Positions 1-12,000 of a stretch of DNA of 64,000 bases are shown here, piece after piece (within the stretch, counting starts at the first letter, position 1; each line of letters opens with the position of its first letter). Origin of the DNA: an uncultured Holophagales bacterium. GTDB taxonomy: Bacteria > Acidobacteriota > Thermoanaerobaculia > Multivoradales > UBA5704. The position numbers were made by a program, and so were the translations under genes. Under the pieces are notes generated by a model. The model searched no databases. It was not told where the DNA came from and saw only the letters and a program-made list of their open reading frames with translations. The DNA is taken from NCBI GenBank assembly GCA_963842525.1, contig CAWJGT010000003.1, forward strand, positions 1,440,001 to 1,504,000. The letters run 5' to 3'.

Positions 1-3000
1 TCATCCTGACCGCTGTGGCGGTGCAGCAACGTCTGGATCGCGGCGAGGAGCGTCATGAACAGCGTGGCGCCGTGGGAGCGGCCGAACCGGGTCAATCGCC
101 CTGTGAGCTCGGAAGAGAGGATGCGCGCGGCACCCCCGCCGCGATAGGTCTGGACGGGCGGCCGAGGGCGGTCGATCGGCAGATCGAGCGGCGATATCTG
201 CGATGTCTCGCCGCCCAGGAGATCGAGCCACCAGGCGAGCTCCTCCTGCCGCGTTCCCGCGACCAGCTCGCGCTGCCACACCGCGAAGTCGGCGTATTGC
301 ACCCGCAGTTGGCCGAGAGACGACGGACGATTCTCGGTGAAAGCGCCGTACAGCTCGCCGATCTCGCGCACCAGGAGCTGGAGCGACCAGCCGTCACAGA
401 CCACGTGATGCACCACCATCAGGAGCTGGTGGCGCTCGGGTTCGAGCCGCAGGAGCGCCGCGTCGAGCAGCGGCCCGCGCGCGAGATCGAAGCGGTGCAG
501 CGCGTGCTCCGCGGCGAGCCGCTCCGCCTCCGCCAGACGCCCGGCGCCCGGCAACGCCGCCAGGTCGACGACCGGCAGCCCAATCTTCAGGTCTGGCAGG
601 ATGTGCTGGCGGGGGACGCCGTCCACCACCTGGAAGACCGTGCGCAGCACCTCGTGGCGCTCCACCAGACCGCGCAGCGCAGCGCCGAGCGCGGCTCTGT
701 CGAGACGACCGATGAGCCCGACCTCGCCGGGCATGTTGAAGGTGGGCTCCCCCGGGTCGATGCTGTCGAGGAACCAGAGGCGCTCCTGTGCGAACGACAG
801 CGGCAGGGGACCTTCCCGGGAGACCGCAACGAGCGGCGGAGCCGCCGGTGCCTGACCGCCGCGCCGGGCCTCCTCGACGACCGCCGCCAGCTCCGCCACG
901 GTCGGCCGCTCGAACAGGACGCGCAACGGCAACTCGATACCGAAGGCGCTGCGCAGACGCGAGATCGCCCGCGTCGCCAGTAGCGAATGCCCGCCCAGCT
1001 CGAAGAAATGGCCGTCCCTCCCCACCAGCTCGAGGCCGAGCACCTCGGCGCAGATGCCGGCGAGGACCTCCTCGACCGGCGTCCGCGGTGCCACGTAGCC
1101 CCCCTCACCGGCCTGCGGCCCGGGAGCTGGCAAGGCTCTCCGGTCCACCTTGCCGTTGGGCGTCAGCGGCAGCTCCGGAAGCACCACGAAGGCGGACGGC
1201 ACCATGTAGTCCGGCAGCTTGTCCCGCACGGACCGTCGCAACCCTTCGATTTCAGTGTCTCCGAGATCGCCGACCACATAGGCCACCAGGCGGCGGTCGC
1301 CCGACGTCCCTCCGGACCGGTCCTCGCGCACCGCCACCACCGCCTCATGGACCCCGGGTAGCGACAGCAGCAACGCCTCGATCTCGCCGGGCTCGATCCG
1401 GAAGCCGCGGATCTTCACCTGATCGTCGAAACGGCCGAGGAAGTCCAACTCACCGTTCGCCAGGAACCGCACCTTGTCGCCCGTTCGGTAGAGGCGGGCC
1501 CCCGGCTCCTGACCGCACGGGTGCGGCACGAAACGCTCGGCGGTGAGATCGGGCCGTCCCAGGTAGCCGCGCGCCAGGCATTCGCCGCCCAGGTAGAGAT
1601 CCCCGAACACGCCTGCCGGGGCCGGCATCAATCCATGTTCGGTGCCGGGCTCCAGGACGTAGGCCGTGCTGTTGCCGATCGGCCGGCCGATCGATGGATA
1701 GACTGTCCATTCCTCAGGATCTGAACTCAAGGTGAACGCGGTTGCCACGTGCGTCTCGGATGGACCGTAGTGGTTGTGGAAGGCACACCCCGGAAGGCGC
1801 CGCAGCAGCGAAGCCATCGCCCGGTTCGTCTGCAACCGCTCGCCGGTCGTGGTGATCTCGCGAAGCGGCGGCAGATCCTCGCGGCCGGCGTAAATCTCTG
1901 CGATCTGTTGCAGCACCACAACCGGCAGGATCGCCTTCTCGATCCGCTGATCGACAAGCAACCCGGCGAGCGCCACGAGATCGCGGCGCAGCTCTTCCGG
2001 CACCACCACCAGCGTGCCGCCGGAGCCCCAGCAGGCGAACATCTCGTGGAAGCTCGCGTCGAAGGAGAGCGAAGCGAATTGCAGCGTCCGTGCTCCGCCG
2101 AGGAGCGTCGCGAGATGCCAATCGATCAGATTTCTCAACGCCCCCTGGGAGAGCGAAATCCCCTTGGGCCGGCCGGTCGAGCCCGAGGTGTAGATCACAT
2201 ATCCCAGGTTCTCCGCCACCGGCTCGCTGCCATACGCAGCAACAGCGCCGCTTTCGTCGTCCCGGTCTTCCCCCTCTTGAGCATCGAGCAGGAGAACCTG
2301 AGCGTTCCCGGCCGGCAGCCGGTCGCGCAGCGGCTCCTGGGTGAGCAGCACCGGAGCGCGGGTGTCGTCGAGCATGAAGGCCAGGCGTTCCGCCGGATAC
2401 TGCGGATCGAGCGGCACGTAGACGCCGCCGGCCTGAAGGATGCCCAGCACGCCGGCGATCATGTCCATCGACCGTTCGACCATCAGGCCCACCAGCACGT
2501 CCGGGCCGACGCCGAGCCGGCGCAGACGCCGGACGAGACGGCTCGCCCGGGCGTCGAGACCGGCGTAGGTCAGCTCCTCGTTTCCAAAGACCACCGCGAC
2601 GGCCTCCGGAGTCCGCTGGAGCTGCGTCGCGAACAGCTCGTACACAGCGCGCGGCGCCGTGCCCGATGCGGTGTCGTTCCATTCGATGAGGATCTGTCCG
2701 CGCTCCGCCGGGCTCAACAGCGGCAGCACGGAGAAAGGCTCGTCCGGAGCGCCGGCCGCCGCCGCCAGCAGGCGCCCGAAATGTCCCGCCAGCCGGTCGA
2801 CGGTCGCGGCGTCGAACAGATCGGTGGCGTATTCGATCTCTCCGGCCAGCGCGCCGTCGTCCCCGGCGAGGGTGAGCGTGAGATCGAATTTCGCCGTCGT
2901 CCCCTTCACTTCCACCGGCAGCAGGCGCAGGCCGCGGATCTCCAGTCTCTCCGCAGGAGCGTTCTGCAAGACGAGCATCACCTGGAACAGAGGCGTGTGG

Positions 3001-6000
3001 GTGAGGCTTCTCTCCGGGGCGATCTCCTCCACCAGCTTTTCGAACGGCACATCCTGGTGCACATAGGCCGCCAGCGCCGTCTCGCGCGCCCGGTCGATCA
3101 GCTCGCGGAACGTGGGTGAACCTGTCAGGTTTCCCCGCAGGACCAGAGTGTTGACGAAGAACCCGATCAGACCTTCGATCTCGATGCGGTTGCGCCCGGC
3201 TATGGGAGAGCCCACCGCGAGATCGGTCTGCCGGCTGGTGCGCGCGAGCAGAGCCTGAAAACCGGCGAGGAGAACCATGAAGAGCGTCGCCCCCTCGGAC
3301 CTGGCGAGAGCCTCCATCTGCCGGGCGAGCCCGGCGGGCAGCCGCACCGGCCGGACGGTGCCGCGGTAACTCTGCACGGCGGGGCGCGGCCGGTCCGTGG
3401 GCAGCTCCAGGAGCGGCGGCAGCCCGGCGAGCCGGCGCCGCCAGAAGTCGATCTCTTCCTCCAAAACCTCGCCCCGCAGCCAGGAGGTTTGCCACACCGC
3501 GAAATCCGCGTACTGCACCGGCAGCTCGGGCAGGGGCGACGGCCTGCTCTCGGCAAAGGCGGCGTAAAGAGCCGCCACCTCGCGGATCAGGACCCCCATG
3601 GACCAGCCGTCGCTGACGATGTGGTGCAGGGTCACCGCGAAGGCGTGATCCCTCTCCGCGAGACGCAGCAGCAGGCCGCGCAGCAGTGGGCCGCGGGTGA
3701 GATCGAACGGGCGGGACACCTCCTTACCGACAAGGACCGGGAGCAGTGCTTCTCTCGCCGTCTCCGGCAGCCCCGACAGGTCGACCACCGGCAGCGCGAA
3801 CGGCGCCGCCGGCCAGATCACCTGCGCCGGCGAGCCCTTCTCCCCCTCCAACACCGCGAAGACCGTGCGCAGCGCCTCGTGACGGCGTACGATCTCGCCG
3901 ATGCAGAGGGCCAGCACCACAGGAGAGAGCGGCCCTTCGATGCGCAGCGCCACGGGGACGTTGTAGAGCGGGCTCTCCGGCTCGAGCTGATCGATGAACC
4001 AGAGGCGCTGCTGGGCGAAGGAGAGGGGCAAGGGACCCTTGCGCTGGTCCGGAGCGATCGGCTTGAGGGGCGGAGTGAGCCGGCCCGCACCGGCCGTCCG
4101 CAACGCGGCCTCGATCCTGGCCGCGAGCTCCGCTAGGGTCAGGGCCTCGAAGAGAGTGCGCAGCGACAGCTCGACCCCGAATGTGCTCCGCAGGCGCGAC
4201 ATCATCTGCGTCGCCAGCAGCGAATGCCCGCCCAGGTCGAAGAAGTGATCGGTAGACCCCACCCGTTCGACCCCGAGCACCTCGGACCAGATGCCGGCGA
4301 GAAGCTCTTCGACCGGCGTCCGCGGCGCTGCATAGCTCTCCTCGGAACGCAGCAGCTCGGGCGCCGGCAAAGCCTTCCGGTCCACTTTGCCGTTGGGCGT
4401 CAGCGGCAGCGCGGCGAGAGCCACGAAGGTACCGGGCACCATGTAGTCCGGCAGCCGCTCCTGCAACGACCGGCGCAGCGCGTCGGCCGCGATGGCGCCG
4501 GGCGCGCCGGCCACATAGGCCACCAGGCGCCGGTCGCCGGGCTCGCTTTGGGATCGACCCTCGCGCACCACGACCGCCGCCTCGCGCACGCCGGGCAACG
4601 ACGCCAGCACCGCCTCGATCTCGCCCGGCTCGATGCGGAAGCCGCGGATCTTCACTTGGCCGTCCAGCCGGCCGAGGTACTCCAGCAGGCCGTCGGGCCG
4701 CCGCCGCACCAAGTCTCCCGTGCGGTAGAGCCGCCCCCCGGATCGGCTCCGGACGCGGGGCCGAAGGGGTCCGGCACGAACCGTTCGGCGGTCAGCTCCG
4801 GCCGGGTGTGATAGCCGTGCGCCAGACCGTCCCCTCCCAGGTAGAGCTCGCCGCGCACACCCACCGGCTGCTGGAGGAGTTCCGCGGAGAGGACGTACGC
4901 GGTCCCGTTGGCGAGCGGCTGCCCGATGGGGACGGTCTCGCCCGGCGGCACCGAGCCAACCCGGTGCCACGTGGCGAAGGTCGTCGCCTCGGTCGGGCCG
5001 TAGAGATGAAGGAGATGGGCAGGCGGGCCGTCCCGCAACACGTCGCGGACCGCCGCCGGATCGACCATCTCGCCACCGAAGAGCACATAGCGCAGCTCTG
5101 CGAGCCCGGCGGGCATCTCGCGGGCGAGCTGGTTGAACACGGCGGTGGTCAGGAACAGCACGCCAATACCTTCACGGTGCAGCACGGCGGTCAGGCTGCC
5201 AGGCGCGAGAAGCGCCGCGCGCTCGATGCCGACCAGCCGGCTGCCGTTGAGCAACGCACCCCAAATCTCGAACGTGGCGGCGTCGAAGGAGCTGTTGGAC
5301 CCCTGCGCCACGTGGTCGTCCGGGCCGAGCTCGATGTAGTCGGTACCGCGCACCAGGCGTACGACGGCGCGGTGCGGCACCACCACCCCCTTCGGCCGGC
5401 CGGTCGAGCCCGAGGTGTAGATGACGCAGGCGGGATCTCCGGGCGAGGAGAAGCTCGCGGGCCGCGGCCCGGCGGCAGCGGGCTCCGCCTCCCCCGGCTC
5501 GCCAGCCGCCGCGCCGCGCAGCAGCTCGACGCGCAGGCCTGCGCGGGCCGGGAGATGTCCGGCCAGATGCTCCTCTGCGACCAGCACGGCGGCGCCAGCG
5601 TCCTCCAGCATGAAGACGAGCCGTTCGTGCGGATAGGCGAGGTCGAGCGGCATGTAGGCCCCGCCCGCCTCCAGGATGCCGAGCATTCCCACCACCATCT
5701 CCGGCAGGCTTTCGGCGCAGAGGCCCACCACGGAGCCGGGACCGACGCCCGAGCCGCGCAGCCGGTGCGCCAGCCGGCGCGCTTCGCGGCCGATGTGCCG
5801 ACGGGTGAGCTCCCGGCCGCCGGAGGCCACAGCCACGGCGTCCGCAGAGCGCTCGGCCAGCTCGGCGAACAGCTCGTGGATGCAGGCCGTCGGATAGTCC
5901 CGCGCCGTGGCGTTCCAGCTCGCCAGCTGAAGGGTCTCCGCGGCGGAGAGCAGGTGGACCTCCGCGACGCGGCGGTCCACCTGCTCGATCAGGCCCGTGA

Positions 6001-9000
6001 GCAGCCGCTCGAAGCACGCCACCATTCGATCGACGGTCGTGCCGTCGAACAGATCGGTGGCGTATTCGACCGCTCCGGCCAGCTCGCCGTCGTGCTCGGC
6101 GAAGCTGAACGAGAGATCGAATTTCGCCGTCGTCCCGGCCTCCCCCACCGGCCGCAGTCGCAGATCGTGCACCGGCAGGCTCTCGACAGGAAGGTTCTGC
6201 AGCACGAGCATCACCTGGAACAGGGGTGTCTGCGCGAGGCTCCTCTCCGGGGCGAGCTCTTCGACCAGCCTCTCGAACGGTAGATCCTGGTGCATGTAGG
6301 CCGCGAGCGCCGTCTCGCGCACCCGGCCGAGGAGCTCGCGGAACGAGGGCTGTCCCGTCAGATCGCCGCGCATCACCAGGGTGTTGACGAAGAACCCGAT
6401 CAGCCCCTCGATCTCCACCCGGTTGCGCCCCGCAACCGGCGAGCCCACCGCGAGGTCGTCCTGGCCGCTGAGGCGCGCCAGCAGTGCCTGGAAGCCGGCG
6501 AGGAGCACCATGAACAGCGTCGCTCCGGTGCGCCGGGAGAGATCCTCCATCTGACGGGTGAGCCCGGCGGGCAGCCGCACAGGCCGCGAAGCGCCACGGA
6601 AGCTCTGGACCGCGGGCCGCGGGCGATCGAGGGGCAGCTCCAGGAGCGGCGCCAGGCCCGCGAGCTGACCCCGCCAGAAGGCGATCTCCCCCTCCAGGAT
6701 CTCGCCGCGCAGCCAGGAACGTTGCCACACCGCGAAATCCGCATACTGCACGGGCAGCTCCGGTAGCGGCGAGGGCCTGCCCGCGGTGTCCTCAGCCAGC
6801 GCCGCATAGAGAGCCGCGACCTCGCGCACCAGAATGCCCATCGACCAGCCGTCGCTCACGATGTGGTGCATGGTCAGCGCCAGGACGTGATCCGCCGTTT
6901 CCCCTGGAGCGGCCAGTTGCAGCAAGACTCCGCGCAGCAGGGGGCCGCGCGAGAGAGCGAAGGGACGGGAGGCCTCTTCGCCGGCCAGAGCGAGGGCCAG
7001 CGATTCGCGCTCTGTCTCGGGCGCCGCCGACAGGTCGACCAGGGGCAGCGCGAACGGTGCCGCCGGTTGGATTACCTGCACCGGCGAGCCCTCCCGCACG
7101 GCGAAAACCGTGCGCAACGCCTCGTGACGGCGCACGCACTCCGCGAGGCAGAGCGCCAGCGCCGCGTGGTCCAGCGGCCCTTCGATGCGCAGCACGACCG
7201 GCATGTTGTAGAGCGGGCTGTCCGGCTCGAGCTGATCGATGAGCCACAGGCGCTGCTGCGCGAACGACAGCGGCAGAGGACCCGCGCGGAGAGTTGGAGC
7301 CAGAGGCGCGAGCGGCGGAGCAAGCTGGCCCGTGCCGGCCCGCCATGTCCCCAGCGCGGCCTCGACCCGGGCCGCGAAATCCGCCAGCACCGGAGCCTCG
7401 AAGAGGGTGCGCAGCGGCATCTCGACCCCGAAGGCGCCGCGCAGGCGCGACGTCACCCGGGTCGCCAGGAGCGAGTGGCCCCCCAGCGCGAAGAAATGGC
7501 CGTCCGCCCCGATCTGTTCCAGGCCGAGCACCTCAGCCCAGATGCCGGCGAGGACTTCTTCGACCGGCGTCTTCGGCACCACAGAGCTCTCCTCGGCGCT
7601 CTGCTGCTCAGGAGCCGGTAAAGCCTTGCGGTCCACCTTGCCGTTGGGCGTCAAGGGCAGCGCCGCGAGCGGCACGAACGTGGCAGGCACCATGTAATCC
7701 GGCAGCCGTTCCTCCAATGACCGGCGCAGCGCGTCCGCCGCAACGTCTCCCACCACATAGGCCACCAGCCCCCGACCGCCGGATCGATCCTCACGCGCTG
7801 TTACGACCGCCTCGCGCACTCCTTCCAGCGCCGACAGCAAAGCCTCGATCTCCCCCAGCTCGATGCGGAAGCCGCGGACCTTGACCTGATGATCCAGGCG
7901 GCCGAGGAAATCGAGCGAGCCGTCGGGCCGCCAGCGGACACGATCGCCCGTACGGTAGAGCCGCGCGCCGGCCTCTCCCGCCCCTGCCCGGAATGGATCC
8001 GGGATGAACCGCTCGGCCGTCAGGTCCGGGCGGTGCAGGTAACCCCGAGCCAGCCCTGAGCCACCGAGATAAAGCTCTCCCGCGACGCCTACCGGCTGCG
8101 GCTCCATGTCCGCGCCAGGTGCCAACACATAGGCCTTCGTGGCCGCGACCGGACGGCCGATCCCTGGAGCTTCTCCGCTCTCCCTCTCCACCGGCAGCGC
8201 CGTCGAATAGGTCGTATCCTCCGAAGGGCCGTAGAGGTTCCACACCCGCTCCACCGTTCCTGTCGCATACAGCCGGTCCGCCAAAGAGCGCGGCAACGGC
8301 TCTCCGGCCAGGTTCACCGTCCGGATGGAAGCTCCCAGGCTTCCCGCACGCACCAGCTCGGCCATCGCCGAGGGGACCGTATTGACCAGCGTCACCCGCC
8401 CGCGGGCGGGGAGAGACGGCAGCTCCAGGGCATTCTGCGCCAGGATCACCGTGCCACCCTGGGAGAGCGGCACGAACAGCTCGAAAACCGACAGGTCGAA
8501 GGAGAGCGCCGTAGCGGCGAGCACGCCGGCCAGCTCCTCGCACGAGAACACGCCGCCGGCCCAGCGCACCAGCTCGACGGCGCTGCGGTGGGTGACGGCG
8601 ACGCCCTTCGGCGTCCCCGTCGAGCCCGAGGTGTAGAGCACGTACGCCAGGTTCTCCGGAGTCGAGCGGCCGGCCGGCCGGCCGGAGCCGGCGGTGTCCA
8701 TGAGATCGTCATCCATCAGGACCAGCGGCCCGCTCCACGGCAACCCGGCCGTCAGGCCCGCGGTGCTGAGGACGATCGAGACCCGGGCTCCCGCCAGCAT
8801 CGCGTCGAGGCGCCGGCGCGGTTGCCGGGGATCGAGCGGCAGATAAGCGGCTCCGGTCTTGAGGATGGCGAGGAGAGCTGTCACCAGGCCCGCCGAACGC
8901 TCCAACCAGACACCGACGATCACCTCCGGTCCGGCACCGTAGTCACGCAGTCGAGACGCCAGCCGCTCGGCCGCCTGATCGAGATCGCGGTAGAGGACCT

Positions 9001-12000
9001 CCTGCGTGCCATCGATGAGCGCCACGGCCTCCGGGGTCCGACGCGCTTGCGCCTCGAACAGCTCGTGCAGGCATGCAGCTTCCTGCACAGGCGAAACCGC
9101 CGTGTCGCTCCACTCCACGAGGAGCTGCTGGCGCTCGCCCGCGCCGAGCAGCGGCAGCGCCGCAACCGGCAGGTCCGGCGTTGCCAGAGCCGCATCGAGC
9201 AGGCGCTCAAAATACCCGGCCAGGCGGTCGGTCGTCGCGGCGTCGAACAGATCGGTGGCGTATTCGACCTCTCCGACCAGCCCGCCGCTGTGCTCCGTGA
9301 GGCCGAGCAGAAGATCGAACTTCGCCGTCGTCGACACCCCTTCGATCAGCCACAGGCGCAGGCCCTGGATCTCCAGGGTCTCGAGAGGAACGTTCTGCAA
9401 CACGAACATCACCTGGAACAAGGGGGCGTGCGCAAGGCTCCTCTCGGGCGACAGCTCCTGGACCAGCTTTTCGAACGGCACGTCCTGGTGCAGGTCAGCG
9501 GCCAGCGCGGTCTCGCGCACCCGGCCAAGCAGCTCGCGGAACGAGGGCTCACCAGATAAATCTCCGCGCAGCACCAGGGTGTTGACGAAGAACCCGATCA
9601 GCTCCTCGGTCTCCACCCGGTTGCGCCCCGCGATGGGCGAGCCCACCGCGAGGTCGTCCTGGCCGCTGATGCGGGCCAACAGAGCCTGGAAGGCAGCGAG
9701 CAGCACCATGAAAAGCGTCGCTCCCTCACGCCGGGCGAGGGCTTCGACCTGCCGAGTGAGAGCAGCGGGCAGGTGCACCGGCCGCGTGGCTCCGCGGTAG
9801 CTCTGGGCCGCCGGTCGCGGCCGGTCGGTGGGGAGCTCCAGGAGAGGCGGCAGGCCCGCGAGTTGCCGGCGCCAGAAGGAGATTTCGCTCTCCAGGAGCT
9901 CGCCGTGCAGCCAGGAGTGCTGCCAGACCGCGAAATCCGCGTATTGCACCGGCAGCTCCGGCAACGGCGGCCGGCCCGCGTTGTCCTCAGTGTCCTCAAC
10001 GAGCGCCGAGTAGAGAGCCACGACCTCGCGGACCAGGATTCCCATCGACCAGCCGTCGCTCGCGATGTGGTGCATGGTCAACGCGGCGACATGGGCGGTC
10101 GCTTCCCCGTTCTCTCCGGAATCGACGTTCAGCCGCAGCAACACGCCGCGCAGCAGTGGGCCGCGAGCGAGATCGAACGGCCGGCCGGCCTCTTCGCCCG
10201 CCAGACGCAGAGCGACCGCCTCGCGCCGGCTCTCCGGCAGGCCCGACAGGTCCACCAGAGGCAAAACGAAAGGAGACGCGGGCCGGATCACCTGCACGGG
10301 CTCGCCATCCAATTCCTCAAACACCCCAAAGATCGTGCGCAAGGCCTCGTGGCGGCGCACGACCTCGCCGAGGCAGAGGGCCAGCACCCCGGCGTCGAGC
10401 GGCCCCTCCACGCCGAGCGCCACCGGGATGTTGTAGAGCGGGCTTCCCGGTTCGAGCTGATCGATGAACCAGAGGCGTTGCTGGGCGAACGACAGGGGCA
10501 GAGGCCCTTCCCGGGGGACCGGGGTGATCGGGGCGAGGCGCGGAGCCGGCGCATCCACGCCAGAGAGCAATGCCCTCTGCGCGGTCTCGATCCGGGCGGC
10601 GAGATCCGCCAGCACCGGCGCCTCGAAGAGGGCGCGCAGCGGCATCTCGATGCCGAATGTGCTGCGCAGACGCGACAACACCTGGGTGGCGAGCAGCGAG
10701 TGGCCGCCGATGGCGAAGAAGTCGTCAATAGCGCCGACCGTCTCGATCTGCAACACCTTGCTCCAGATCGCGGCCAGCGTCTCTTCGACGGCGGTGCGCG
10801 GCGGCTGGCGGCGGGAACCAGCCGGCGTCCCGGAAGCAGAGCGGCTCCAATCGGGAACCGGCAGGGCGCGGCGGTCGACCTTGCCGTTGGGGGTCAACGG
10901 CAGCGCGGCGAGCGGCATAAAGACGGCCGGCACCATGTAGTCGGGGAGCCGCTGCTTGAGGAACGCGCGCAGCTCCGTCTCATCGCACTGGAAATCCGAT
11001 GACGCGGACGCTACGACGTAGGCGACAAGATGCCTGGAGGCGGAACCCGCTTCGCTGGCGAGCGCCAGCACCACGGCCTGGCTCACCCGCGGATGCGCGC
11101 CGAGCGCCGCCTCGATCTCGCCGGGCTCGATGCGGAAGCCGCGCACCTTGATCTGGCTGTCGGCGCGGCCGAGAAACTCGACGCTCCCGTCGGGCAGCCA
11201 GCGCGCCAGGTCGCCGGCACGGTAGAGGCGCGCGCCGGGAACGGTGGCGAAGGGGTGCGGCGTGAATTTCTCCGCCGTCAGCTCCGGCCGGCCGAGATAG
11301 CCGCGCGCCACACCGGCGCCGCCGATGCACAGCTCGCCGGGCATGCGCGGCGGCAGCAGGTCGATCCCGCCCAGCACCCAGGCCTCGTTGCCGGCGAGCG
11401 GCCGGCCGATGGGCACCACCGCCGCGGCCGTAGGGACCGGCAGGCAGGGTGTACCGTCGCCCGCGGCGAGCGGCAGGAAGGTGGTGTCGATCGTCGCCTC
11501 GGTGACGCCATAGGAGTCGATCAGCCGGGTGCGCGGGCCGCACAGGCGGGCCAGCGCCGCCACCTCGCCGGCATACCAGGCGTCGGAGCTGACCACCAGC
11601 AGACGCATGAAATCCAGGCTGGTGTCTGCGGGCTTCGCGCTCTCCAGATACTCGACCAGGGCCCGGACGACCGCCGGCACGAATTCGGCGCCGTCGACGC
11701 GCTCGGCGCGCAGCAGGCCATACAGGCGCTCCGGATCGAGCAGCACCTCGCGCGGGCAGAGCACCAGGCGGGCGCCGGAGCCCAGGGCGCGGATGAAATC
11801 GCCGGTGAAGACGTCGAAGGAGAAGCTCGCCATCTGGAGATGACCGGTGACATCGCCCAGACGGTAGGCCTGCTCGTAGGCGTAGTAGGCGGTGAGCAGA
11901 CTGCGGTGCTCGATCATCGTCCCCTTGGGCCGGCCGGTCGAGCCCGAGGTGTAGATCACGTACGCGAGGTTTTCAGGATCGAGCCCGGTCTCCTCCGGCG

